NCBI GenBank assembly: GCA_964016885.1
Contig: OZ024745.1
Span: 60,884,001 to 60,948,000 of the forward strand
DNA: 64,000 nucleotides
Origin: Eledone cirrhosa
Taxonomy: Eukaryota
Reading direction: 5' to 3'
A program made the translations under genes and the position numbers. Within the stretch, counting starts at the first letter, position 1. Each line of letters starts with the position of its first letter. Below are positions 52,020 through 64,000 of the stretch, piece by piece. The notes under the pieces are model-generated. The model was given only the letters and a program-made list of their open reading frames with translations. It made no database searches and was not told the DNA's origin.

Positions 52020-53665
52020 ATTAATAATAATAATAATGAAATTATTGTGTACAGTGCTCAGGTGCACTACAACTCATCAAAGGTGCATGTATAGTACATA
52101 GAATAATGTACAAATGTCAGGAAAATGAACAGTGTACGAGTCATGATATAATAATAACAATAATGAAATATTGTGTACAGTGCCCAGGTGCACCACAACT
52201 CATCAAAAAAGTGCATGTACAGTACATAGGGCAATGCACAAACATCAGTAAAATGAATAGTGCACGAGTCATGATACACACGTGTGCATGTGCATGGAAG
52301 GGGTACATCAGGTGTAGCCTTGGCGTATTTCGGGGAGCATGAGTGTCTTAAAGGATGCAGTGTCTCGGCAGCTAACAACTGACGCAGGCAGTTTGTTCCA
52401 TGCTTCAGCAACTCTGAGCGTGAAAAAATGTCTACGAAAGTCATGGGAGCTGTGCTGTTTTCTGATCTTGTAGGCATGTCCACGTGTGTTAGACACATGG
52501 AGATCAAAGAGGCGCTCAGGGTTGCAATTGGCGAGATGGTTAAAAACTTTGTGGGTATTCACCAAGTCCATTGCCAGACGTCGGAGCTTCAATGAATCCA
52601 TGCCCAGGGAAGCAAGGCGTTCAGAGTATGGTAGGTGTCTGATGGAGGGTATGCGCTTGGTTGCACGTCTCTGAACAGTTTCCAGGAGGTCAATGTTCTG
52701 AGCAAGATAGGGGTTCCAGACTGATGATGCGAATTCCAAGTGTGGTCGTACCATAGCTGTATACAGTTTTAAATAGATGGCTGGAGAGTGGCTAACAAAA
52801 GTCTTGCTGAGTGATGCCAAGACACCCTCGGCCTTCTTGACAATCTTAGAGACATGCTTTGTCCAACGCAAATCGTTGCTGACAGTAATGCCCAGGTCAC
52901 GTTCACAAGAGGACTTTTTGATATCAGTATTGTGGAGGGAGTATGTGGACGCTGGATTTTTCCTTCCAAAATGCATGGTGGTACACTTGTCCACAGCCAG
53001 CTTCAGTTGCCAGTCTGTGATCCATTGCTGCATTGTGTCCAGGTCTGATTGTAGGAAAGAGTTGTAAATTTCAGGATCAGTCCTTTTGATTTCAAGGTAC
53101 AGCTTGATGTCATCTGCATATTTTAGTACCGTGGCATTCTGTAAGTTGGCATCTATGTCGTTAATATATGCCACAAACAAAAGAGGACCAAGAACAGATC
53201 CCTGTGGTACACCAGATGACATCTCATATGGTGAAGAATGCTGTCCTAGAACCGTGACTACTTCTTTTCGGCTGAGAATGAAGGATTTCAACCAGTCGAA
53301 AAGACCATCCCTCACACCCATTGCAGAGAGTTTTGCCATAAGTCTTTTGTGTGGCACAGAATTAAAAGCCTTAGCAAAGTCAAGATAAACAACATCCACC
53401 AATGAGCCGCTGTCAGTGATCCGGGTGATGTCCTCAAGGAACTCGATAAGCTGATCACAGCAGCTGGAGTTAGGGATAAATCCAAACTGTGAGGGCCGGA
53501 TGAGGCTGTGAGAGCTCCAGAAGTTCCAAAGTGTTTCTCTGACACAGGATTCCATCAGTTTGGCCATACAGCTAGTAAGACTGACTGGACGATAGTTGAC
53601 AGGTGACATGCGGTTGCCCTTTTTGAACAGGGGAATGACACTGGCAGTTTTCCACTGCTCGGTTA
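52020..53665 (-). mobile_element. 5'-truncated CR1-like LINE with an uninterrupted RT ORF (52308..53681, 457 aa)
   Basis: WKTASVIPLFKKG, NYRPVSLTS, QFGF, YLDFAKAF, GVPQGSVLGP, YADD, ERDLG, VRPHLEFASSVWNP, TRGH; 3'UTR with an internal duplication and an (ATT)n tail. Confidence 0.95.
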
Positions 53666-55335
53666 TTAGATGAAATAACAATAATAATAAGAATAAATGT
53701 AATAACGAGAATATAAAGAATAAATGATTTGGTTTATATATGGTTTACTTCACGTGAATCAATTAAAAAGTACATATAAAACAGTTACCAAGAGTTGTTG
53801 ATGTGAAAACAGTGAGCGAACAGATAATGTTGTTGTTGTTATTTGGAGTCCGTGGTAGTAATTCTGAGACCGTAGTGAGTAAGAGAGAGTAATGATTTGT
53901 ATACCTCTGAATGGTCTGTAATTGGTTGTAGACCACTGTGGCTTGTACATGGTCTGTAGTAGCAGGGCTCCAATCTCTGTGTGTGTATCTGTAGACCTCA
54001 TGGGGTCTGTTGATAGTGGTGAATCCTTACATAGTTAGTTGCTAGCGTAATGTTCCGATGTCTCTGGCTTTTCTGTAGACCTCTGGGGTCTGAAGTTAGC
54101 GGTTAATTTTTACATAGTTAGTTGTGTATCCTATCGCTCCGATGTCTCTGTCTTTAAAGTGGGAAATTATAGGCCTTATATAGCTATCGCTTTCTGTCTC
54201 CCACCTTGAGGGGATAGCCAACGCATCAACCTGTCTACACCAAAAGGGTGTTGACCTAGAATTTAACCTTTAGCTATCACCCAAAGTTCAAGGCGCGGAC
54301 AGATTTCGCTACACACACACACACACACACACACACGAGATATACTGAGAACTGCAGATGCTGTGAGGTTGGTGATGTTATTGGTAGTGGTAATGGTGGG
54401 AACAAATGTCGCAGTGACGATGACAACGTCATATCTGCTGTTGATGACTTTTTTTGACAAACAGGACGAAAGTTTTTTTCACCAATGGGATCCAAGCACT
54501 GCAACACAAGGGGACTGTTGAAAAATAAATAGTCTGGTCATATTCCATGAGAATATCTTGGTCAAATTATGATTATTATAACTAACTTATTATTGGGACA
54601 CCTATGATGCCTATTACTTTTTTTTTTTTTTTCATTTAGCTCTCTTTTAAGCCATAATCTAATGCATCTATAATATTCCTTTGTGATTTTTTTCTGTCAT
54701 TTGTGTGTGTTGTACACTGTCTTGTTCACCAATTCTTAATTATTTCTGTGTCTCTATCTGGCCTTTCTTTATCTAATTATATTCCCTGATGGAATTACTC
54801 TCTTCCCATTCAAAGGAGGTAAATCCATCATCTAGGATGTGATATGCTGTGACACATTCACTGCCTCTTAGTTGCTTTGGCCACAAACCCAGGTACCACA
54901 GCCCATAATGCAGAGGACAGGAAGACAAGCAAATGCCGGGGCTTGTCTGCCTAGTTGCTTCCTTTGTGCACTGGTCGTTGTCAAGACCTCAGGCATCCCC
55001 AGACTCCATATAGCTGACATCCTCTGTAAAATTGGAACATCAGGAGTCCCATGAGTTAGGATAGCTATTGCAGGAGGTGTTGCTGGTCATTTTCTGCAGA
55101 AATGCCTTTGCCATTTTGTTCACGAAGCAGGTGCAGCTGAAACACTGCTCTGACCTAAGTGTAGAGTCTGTCGCTCTCTCCCCTTTCTTTCTTCATTTAT
55201 CTACCAACCCTCGTTCTTCCCCTCCCTTTCCTATCATTTATGGCAGTAATTATCCTTTCCGATACTGCTTTATGATTCTGTATTTTTGTTATATCAATAC
55301 ATTTATTCCGTATCTACTTAGAACATAAAAGATTA

Positions 55336-55401
<66 letters not shown>

Positions 55402-56307
55402 GGAAATCAGTAAAATCGAATCTCTGGCGGTTTGCAAGTAAATTCGGCCTACTTATATGAAATGATGAGTAGGACCTCAGAGTAATAACATACGTTTAAA
55501 TAGCTTGACAAATCGAACATTGTGGTAGGCGAAACTAACACACAATATATACCAAAGTAACGATAGAACTAATCAGGTTGAGATATATATATATATATGT
55601 GTATATAAGGGTTTACTGATACTACTATCACTTGCCACTAGCAAATGTGTGTGGCACGCCACTTTTGTCTTTCCATTACAGGGAGGCAAACTCCTGCTGA
55701 CAAAATGGCCACACACCTAATTACATAATGTGTACTATCATTACCTAATATTCTGCACATTGCTGCACCTTTTGGTACATGGCTAGTAGTCTGGCACCTT
55801 GGAAATGTGTGCAGCAGTCTGGATACTGTAACATCTTACCCACATGAAGTCGTCTTCCTCACTGATTGATGAAAATATGCACTCTGGCCAGCTGGGTTTG
55901 AATTTTAATATGAACTTGGTTGATCATTGAGTGAGCAAACGACCAAAGCTATGTGCATTCTATTCGACTTGCTTCATCTCCTAATGATAGATACACATAT
56001 ATATATATATATAATAATTGTTTCTACTTTTGGCACAAGGCCAGCAATTACCCAGTGTATTACTGGTACTTTATTTTATCGACCCAGTAAGGACGAAAGG
56101 CAAAGTTAACCTTGGCGGGATTTGAACATAATAATAATAATGAACAAGAAAGATGGTTTCATTTGTACATCCCTATTTATTTTGTTATACATATTTCAAA
56201 GACGTAAGGCAGTTGTATAACAACTGCCCCATGTGTTCTCAATAGTATATAGTGTTATTAGCTTCACGCTTCAGAATTATAAAAGTTAATTTTCCTCTAT
56301 AAATTTC

Positions 56308-56458
56308 ATTACTACTACTACCACTACTACCACCACCACTGCTGCTACTACCACCACCACTGCTGCTACTACCACCACCACTGCCACTACTACTACAACT
56401 GCTGCTACTACTACCATTGTTGCTACTACTACTACAACTGGCGCTACTACTACTACTA
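56308..56458. repeat. (CTA/CCA/CTG)n trinucleotide microsatellite
   Basis: Read directly from the sequence. Confidence 0.9.
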
Positions 56459-57368
56459 ACAGTTGGTAACTTTGACACAATAAATGTTCTAATAACTCCT
56501 CTAGTATTTATTTGTGCGGTCAGACATAATTTTGTTAAAGTAATATAGCACCTTTCAATGAACAGCCGGGAAAGAAAAATAGAATTATTCCATTTAGTGT
56601 CAACACTTGTTAATTAATAACATTATAATCATTACACTGTTACAACACTTAAATAAGTAAACTGCAGAGAATGTATCATGTTATTAAATATTTGACCCTG
56701 TTTCATTAATAGTCAGTGAATAAACTAATTGATTGCACAATGATGATTTTAAAATGAAAAAAATTTAGTTTAATAAGAAAAAAATCAGAAGAAGGGAGGT
56801 AGGTGTAAAAGCCAAACTCGCTATATTCAATTTGGTATTCGTGCCAACTCTTACCTATGGTCATGAATCTAGGGTAATGACCGAAAGAATACGATCGTGA
56901 ATACAAACGGACGAAATGGGGTTCCTTCAAAGTCTTTAGAGTAACGTTACTCAATAGTGTGTGTAGCTTGGAAATCAAAGAGTCATTGCAGGTAGAGCCA
57001 CTACTTCTCTGAATTGAGAGATCACAGCTCTGATACTATGGGCATGTGGTTAGAATGTCTCAGGAAAGAATCGCTGGACAGATTTTATAGGCAAAACCAA
57101 CTGGTAGGAGACACAAGGGTAGACCCTGAGCAAGGTGGTTGGATAACATCCATGAGCTCAGCTGGTCTCACTTGGGGATCCAGCCAGATCATTTGAAAAT
57201 GGTTACTTCTGATATGACCCACTGGAAGGAGTGTTTGAGGAATCTGCTTTCATGATCCTCTCAAGAATAAGTGGGAGGAGGAGAACAACAACAACTTAGT
57301 CAGCAATAGTACTTTATACTGGAGTAAAGAAAAATAATCTCAGTAAGTATATAAGAGAGGATACAAAC

Positions 57369-57557
57369 CTGTGGTTTCTCTTACAACAGCCAAATCAGTT
57401 GGACTGCCAAGACCAGACCGCAGCAAGATAGCTGACACAATCTTTTCATAAAGTTCCTCTAGTTCATCTTTGTTTTTCACCCGGCTATCTGTGATTTCTC
57501 GTATTATAGGCTGTAAGCGGGCTTCCAGTACTCTCCGATGTTCTTGCAGGAATTGTT
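57369..57557 (-). CDS. CFAP206: CFAP206 exon B (EQFLQEHRRVLEARLQPIIREITDSR...LLRSGLGSPTDLAVVRETT)
   Basis: Acceptor gattag, donor gtttgt; 189 nt, phase 1->1. Strong match to recalled CFAP206 EFLEEHHRVLESRL...LLRSGLGSPTD. Confidence 0.93.
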
Positions 57558-58164
57558 CTAATCAGAAGAACAGATAAGAAAGAAGATTAAACACATTCAT
57601 GGGAAAGGAAGTGATGCTAGAACATGAAAAACTTTTGATAAGCAAGACTAATATATAAAACAATATTGATGATGGTGGTGATGGTGATGGTGGTCACTCC
57701 TCTTGACCAACAAGCTTGGAAAGATGAACACGCTCTCTCACAATGCTGCTTAAATGGCCTATAGGTAATAGCTCTCAGTACACCCTGTAAGGTGGACATG
57801 CTGGTGACACAACAAAAGCCCCTAGTCTACCATGTAAGGTACTCCTGTTGGTGCTATGACAAAAGAGCACCTAGTCCTCCCGGCAAGGTGGTTATGCTGG
57901 TGACATGACAGGAGGCACCCAGCCCACCCTATAAAATGGGCATGTTCGTGGCACGACAGAAAACATCCAGTCCGTCCTGTTAAGTGGGCAAGTTGGCGAC
58001 ACAACAAAAGCACCCAGTTCAACCTGTAAAGTGGTTGTGTTGGTAACACGACAAATAGTGCCCAGTCTACACTGTAAAATGGTCGTTTTGGTGCCATAAT
58101 AAAAAGCAGCCAGTCCACACAGTAAATATGGTTGGCATTAGGAAGGGCATCCAAGGACTGTTTC

Positions 58165-59070
58165 ACACACTTCTGCTCTTGTGATTAACCTCACACAGGA
58201 TGTCCATCCAACTTCAATGACAAGCAACTGCATGAGGTGGTGGAAGCAGACCCACACCAGACTTTCCGAAGTGCTTGGGGCATCGAAAACAACCATCCTC
58301 AATAATACATGAGGGAAAGTGTCGATGCTGGACCAATAGGTGCCCCACAATCTGACTGACCATAATTATGAATATCAGGCAGCAGCTGTGACTTCTCTGG
58401 TACCATTGCACAACCAACTGGTTATGTTCCATTGTCACTAGTGATGAAAAATGGTGTCTCTTCATTATTGTCAAGGACAAGTGATTATGGGTTGATAAAG
58501 AGAGTGCACCACAGTGGCAAGCAAAGGCTAGCCGTCACCCTCGCAAGGCCCTACTCTACTAAGTGTCTGGTGGGACTAGAAAGGAGTCATCCACTATGAA
58601 CTGTTCTCACCAAACATCAGCATAACTTCAGATGTCTATTGCCAACAACTTAACAGAATAGCGGCAAAAATTGCACAGCGCCCACACCATGATCTTATTC
58701 AATTCCTTCATATTAACGCTTGGCTGCATACATCAAGGATAACCTGTGAGTAGCTACTGGAGCGAGGTTAGGAGGTTCAGTCCCACCCGCCGTATTTGTC
58801 CAACTTCATGTCTACAGACTGTTACTTTTTTCTTTCAATAAGCAATGCAATGCACTCAAAAACCTTCGCTAATGAAGACCAGTTAAATCAGTGGCTGATG
58901 GAATTCTTTGCATTAAAGCCAGAAGAATTCTGCAGTGATGGAATCATGTACCTTCCAAAATGATGCTTGATGGGAATTGGAAATGATGGTATTTTGACTT
59001 GTAAAATTTTCCTAAAAAAAGTCAATAAAAATGTTTAAAACGGTGAGAACTTTCTGTCTAATCTACAATA
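58165..59070 (+). mobile_element. Decayed mariner transposase gene
   Basis: RTGCPSNFNDKQLHEVVEADP, *VPHNLT (WVPHEL), IVTSDEKW, VWWD*KGVIHYEL, HPPYLSNFMSTDCY (YSPDLAPSDY); TIR-like end near 59040-59066 followed by TA. Confidence 0.85.
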
Positions 59071-59754
59071 TATATATATATATAAACACTTGTTATTATA
59101 TACATAGTGGTTGTGGTGTTGGTGGTGGTGGTGGGGCATGCTATCGCTACATATGTTGTGAAGGTAATTGAGGTCATACTATAGTAGTTCCTCAACACCT
59201 CCTACTGTTGCTCATACGAGGATTCACATTCAACCTTACAAACTAATGAAACATTTGTTAACTGTTGCTGTCATCATCATAGTTGATATGTTTGGGTTTC
59301 CATGCTGAGAAGAAGCCATCAGACACATGCAAGCATCGAAAAGTGGACATAAAAATGACATTGATGATGACCTTAGTTTACTCTGTTTGAATAGACTTAT
59401 GACACAGAGCTAACTAATCAAATAAAATCTAAAAAGTGTAAAATCTGTCTTAAGCAGGGAGGCTCATTGGGCTGGTGCATATCCCAGTACAAGACTCCCG
59501 CTGGACAGAATGCCAGTCCACTGCAGGGTTAAACCCCCAGCTATTGCTGGTGCACATTTTCAGCCAAGTATATTGGCAATGTGAAAAGAACCTTTCTTAG
59601 AGTTTCAATAAGATATCTGCAGCAATGTTTTCATTCATGTCCTTATGATCAATATTCCAGTGGCAATGAGTTAGACAAATGTAAAATTTGAGGGCATGTC
59701 TTACTGTTACTATGAGTTGGTGAGAAATTGTAAATATACCAGTAATATACTGAC

Positions 59755-59845
59755 CTCGAGATGTGTAATTCATATCAAAGTAAACCTGCATTTTTATGGT
59801 ATCCAAAGAAGGGGACTTTGGATCCAAAATGCTTATAACACACAG
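59755..59845 (-). CDS. CFAP206: CFAP206 exon A (first exon visible in the window; LCVISILDPKSPSLDTIKMQVYFDMNYTSR)
   Basis: Acceptor tttcag, donor gtcagt; 91 nt, phase 0->1. Peptide matches the recalled CFAP206 segment PSLDTIKMQVYFDMNYT. Upstream exons (about 64 aa) were not found in 59846-64000. Confidence 0.93.
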
Positions 59846-60221
59846 CTGAAATTAAAAACAAACAAAAAAACAGTAAATAAAAAGCTCTTTCTATATATAA
59901 ATCATTCATAACAAACTTTCAGATTTCAAGAAATGTTCAACTTTAGTAAAGCATTGTGGAGTATCTACAATGAATATAGAGAGGTAAAGTAGATGATGGA
60001 TGATATCTAGAAAGATAGATCCTCATAAATGGAGATACAAAGAGAGATCTAATATCATACATATATTCAAACTATGGCAACATAGTAGTTAAATAGAGAG
60101 GAGCGCAACAAATATTGAGCTTCAATACATGCAATATACACAAATTTATAATGAGGACAATATCATAATAAATTGTTTGTTTTTAACTCCATGTTATATA
60201 TGCTAATATAATAACATGTAG

Positions 60222-60556
60222 GTGAAGGTGCTTGGCTTAGTGGTTAGTGTTGGGCTTACAATCGTGAAGTTGTGAGTTTGATTCTTGGACTAGGTGATGT
60301 GTTGTGTTCTTGAGCAAGACACTTCATTTCATGTTGCTCCAGTTTACTGAGCTGTAGAAATGAGTTGCGATGTCACAGGTGCCAAGCGGTATTGGCATTA
60401 GTCTTTCCCTTGGACAACATCAGTGGTGTAGAAAGGGGAGACCGGTATGCATGGGTGACTGCTGGTTTTCCACAAACAACCTTGCCCAGACTTGTGCCTT
60501 GGAGGGGAACTTTCTAGGTGCAAATCCCATGGTCACACATGACCGAAGGAGGTCTT
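60222..60556 (+). mobile_element. tRNA-derived SINE with CORE-like block; copies at 22970-23410(-), 27620-27935(-), 39030-39210(+) and 39790-39935(-)
   Basis: A-box tggcttagtggttag, B-box-like gagtttgattc, and gtgttcttgagcaagacact. Confidence 0.75.
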
Positions 60557-62744
60557 TATGTTGCATGACGAGGCCAACAACAGAGCCTCTATGTTATTGT
60601 ATGGCCTGCTAAATCTCCATCAAATCCCAATACTACCGTCATAAAAAAAAACAAATAATATTTTCCAACATACACACTGTATATGTAAAAAGTATTGGAT
60701 AATCACACCTGGAATGCTTTTAATCATAAGTCTCCTTGATCTGGAACTAAAGAATAACAATATGGTGCTGCAAGTTCATCTGTAACAGCAGAACTGATAG
60801 GGGGAGGGGGCATCTTAAAAATATAATAGTAAAGAGCAATCCATGTCAAAATAGAAAAATGGATGTTAAATGATGACACTAACTGTGGTGGCTAGGCTTA
60901 ATATGCTGAATGTATGGAGTGATAGGGAAATAATTGGAAACTTTTGAAAGATATGAAGAATGGAGATTCATTTGATACTCTGTATGATGATGATATGTGA
61001 AATCTTGTCATATAACAACCTCTCTAATGTTGATACTATGATGAATTTTACCAAGTACATTCCTCTGTAAAATATAGAAATCATGCCCAAAATGAAACAA
61101 ATGAGTGAGACATTGCCCTGTGACTTATATTGTACTCGGAATAGGAGGTAAAACATGTCAGCAAGGAAAGCAAATGTAAAATAACAAGGTTTTTTTAAAT
61201 ACCTACAATTTAATTGTGTAACTATTTTGCTGTATGCCCAACCTACATAGGCATGGAAAAGCATATAAAATTGATTGTGATGCTGATCTATAATTTGCAC
61301 TGATAAAATAATCTGCATTGTTAGTATGTTTAATTTCCATGCTAGCATAGGTTAAATGAGACCTCATGAGGAAATGCTCTATGTTTACATAGAAAGCTAA
61401 TTTTAAAATGGGCTTAAACACCCTACTAGTTGAAATGAAACAAATTAATTTACAACTGTTTGATTAGTACATGTATATACAATAACTGTAAATTATCATA
61501 TATGTACATGCATATCTTTGTGTCAAACATGGCTTCCATGTAGCCATCAAAATGGCAAGCCAATTAAGAGAGCAATAACTCTAACTAAATCAGGTTGTGA
61601 TGGGTAGAAAACAACCAGAAAAGGCTGATACACTACTGTCAGGTGACATATCTCCCTCAATGGTTCACTGTGAGTCAAGACATGGCAATATGGAGGCTAA
61701 TTAGGATGGAGACTGCAGGTGAAATTACAAGAGTGCTGAACAAAACATTTCTGGTGAGGGGCTCTGTGGACAAGATGTTGATGGACAACAGCACTGCATT
61801 TCATTCATAGCTGCTGAAAAAGATGCTCAACAAGTGGAATGTGAGTCACTCTTCTGAGCTGCGTATAGGCCAAGTGTGAATGAGATTGAGGAGGCACATA
61901 TCTGCCTAATTGAAGCAGTGTTTGGGTACAATATGTCACCCTGATCAAGACAAGCCAAAGAGGCAGTATTCAGGTATGAAGGGCAATATCCAAGCACAGT
62001 ACCACAGTGACATAAAGATGAGGAAGGGCCTACATTTGTTTAGCCAGACTTCCTTCTTGGATTGGAGATGAAGTCTGAGTAAAGCATCACTCAACATGCC
62101 CTGCATATCTCAATAGGGTAGGAGAAAAGTGACAGCCATAAATTCCCAAAACAGCATTTTGATAGAATGTTGCACCACATTCTGCATGTCCACAGGGTTG
62201 TCGGCTGATAATAAAGAAGACGGGATCAGCCCTCTTCCAGCCTTGTGAAGGACATAGAAGGAGCAATGTCTGGTCAAGTGGATGGTCTATTTCAACATGA
62301 AGTGAGGTTATGTGAAGTGATCAGTGAGTTGTGTAGGGTAGCGAGTCACACACTGGAAAGAACAGGGTCTAGTGACATCACATTAGTGGAAAGGATCAAA
62401 TCTCTCTCTCACATACACACAGATAGGAGGGAAGGGGGGGGGGGGGGGACATTTCAAAGGGACATGTGGTGTTTTCAAAGGTTTCCTGCAACATTCTAAT
62501 TTCTGACCCAGTTACACAACTAGATAGAGGGACAACCGAAGGTAAGTGATTTCATGTGTTCTGCCTCAATTCCAAACTTTTACAAAGTTAATGATATGAA
62601 ACAACTAGTTTAGGTAGGTAATCCTATTCAGGTCACATATACAAACATAAGACTATGTATTTCTAACACAAAAGAATACTAAGCACTTTCATGTTTTGTA
62701 CATCAAAATAAACAATGTACATACAGACACGCATGTATAAGTAC

Positions 62745-63125
62745 ATACATTTATACATAATGGCTGCAAACTTGTGTTCGAGCATTGCCATCGCCCAATA
62801 AAATGCTCAAAAATGTGCGGCACAAATGTGGCTCTTTAAACCAGCCAAATACTTGCACCCTCTGGCACACACATGGCAACTGTAGGCTCTTCTGCGACTT
62901 TCCATTGCTTTGTTCTGACTGTGTGTTCCCATGCGTCTTTTAAGACCTCCCATGATTGCCACATTCCCTACACCTTTTCAGATCATAGGGTCTACATGAG
63001 GTCTACTGATGTGACTTTGTTCATGTCTAATCAAACCAACTTTTCTCAGGCAGACTCGACCACAGTGCTGGCAAACTAGATGATGCTCAACAGCAGGCAG
63101 TCCAGAAGTCTCTTCCTCACCTTCC
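62745..63125 (-). mobile_element. RTE-type LINE 3' end with C2H2 zinc fingers
   Basis: LVCQHCGRVCLRKVGLIRHEQSH plus a decayed YSCHVCQR..LAGLKSH; ends gcagccattatgta, like the (TATG)n-tailed family. Confidence 0.68.
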
Positions 63126-63300
63126 TTTATACATACATACATACATACATACATAGGTATGTACCTATGTATGTATGTATGTATACATATATACATATAT
63201 ATACATATATACATACATGCATCATCATTGTTTAATGGCTATTTTCCACGCTAGCATGGGTTGGACAATACATACAGACAGACAGACATAGGTACATACA

Positions 63301-63635
63301 TACTCTCGGGTCCCAAATAATAGGGGAGTATTGGAAAATCGGTAATTTTTCTAAGTTATCTCCATTAAATTTCTTTAGAAACCAGAATTAGTCGTTCAGT
63401 TTACATATTAAGACCCCAACCCATCCTATTTATTATATAATGTATGAGATTTCTAGTAATATTCTTTTTTTGTTATGTATATAGTTTTGTAATGTATAAA
63501 GAAAATTAATTGTTGCAGGAATGCTACCACTTAAAATAAAATTTCGCTGAAGATAGATTAGCAAAATGGGGTGGGTTGGAAAAATCTGAAAAATTTAATA
63601 TGTAGGGGAAGATGATTATTTGAGACCCGTGTGTA
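63301..63635. mobile_element. Tc1/mariner-type (TA) MITE
   Basis: Imperfect TIRs tactctcgggtcccaaataat / attatttgagacccgtgtgta; partial copies at 22120-22195 and 47925-48063. Confidence 0.65.
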
Positions 63636-63689
63636 CAGAGACAGACATACATAGGTGCGTATATACATATGTACATACATACAACTCAC

Positions 63690-64000
63690 ACCTAGGGAAA
63701 TTGCCAAGTAATACTGCAGTGAATCGATGGATAAAAAATTATTCATGGATATGTTGCCAGGAGACTCCAGAGTGAGAGTAATAAAAGATAAGCAAAGTAG
63801 TCTATTTTGAACAGCTATATTGGCTCCCACTTTGAAGGATACACTTTTGCAATCCAAGAGCAGGAAATCAACACAAAATACCTAATTCACAAAAGAGATA
63901 GCGATGCGGGCAAAACACCTGGATGTGACAACAAATGCAGACTTAACATCAAAGGTGTCACCCATGTCATAAGCAGCTGTCCAAAGATGTCATCCCAGGC
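63690..64000 (+). mobile_element. R4/Dong-clade non-LTR element fragment (zinc-knuckle region), running off the window
   Basis: HGYVARRL...SHFEGYTFAIQEQEINTKYLIHKR...CDNKCRL..VTHVISSCPKMSS. Confidence 0.8.

Noticed and set aside
55400-55490. Hammerhead-like fold on the minus strand (CTGAGG...stem...GAATTT)
   Set aside because: A stem is present, but both conserved boxes and the cleavage site deviate too much to call.
56239-56480. Ser/Gly-rich or poly-Val ORFs
   Set aside because: A trinucleotide microsatellite within an intron, with no splice or homology support.
61600-62400. Possible decayed LINE fragment
   Set aside because: GC-richer and coding-like, but no diagnostic motif could be read with confidence.
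59846-64000. First two CFAP206 coding exons
   Set aside because: Searched by eye for VKAVVLDP-like and N-terminal peptides and found none; presumably beyond the window.

Overview
AT-rich, microsatellite-dense eukaryotic DNA whose SINE, LINE and (TA)n landscape points to a coleoid cephalopod, most likely an octopus (inference). The only host protein gene I can build is CFAP206 (FAP206, radial-spoke adaptor) on the minus strand. It has 13 phase-compatible exons from 59845 down to a TGA at 25931 (527 aa). About 64 N-terminal residues are not in the window, one intron is GC-AG, and the C-terminus looks shortened. There is one intact tRNA-Asn(GTT) at 12160-12233. The rest is mobile DNA: RTE, CR1-like, CRE and R4/Dong LINE pieces, a decayed Helitron Rep-helicase plus two non-autonomous Helitrons, mariner, hAT and piggyBac-type MITEs, a Gypsy integrase scrap and tRNA-derived SINEs. 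The most interesting layer is invisible in the ORF track. Unrelated fold-back (inverted-repeat) inserts sit in (TA)n tracts, near a Penelope-like GIY-YIG remnant. Canonical minimal type-I hammerhead ribozyme folds occur at 1363-1433 (inside a fold-back) and 10693-10765. A recurring hammerhead-shaped fold with the core shortened from CUGANGA to CUCGA occurs at 51891-51928 and 6033-6078. All coordinates and pairings were read by eye; no searches were run.
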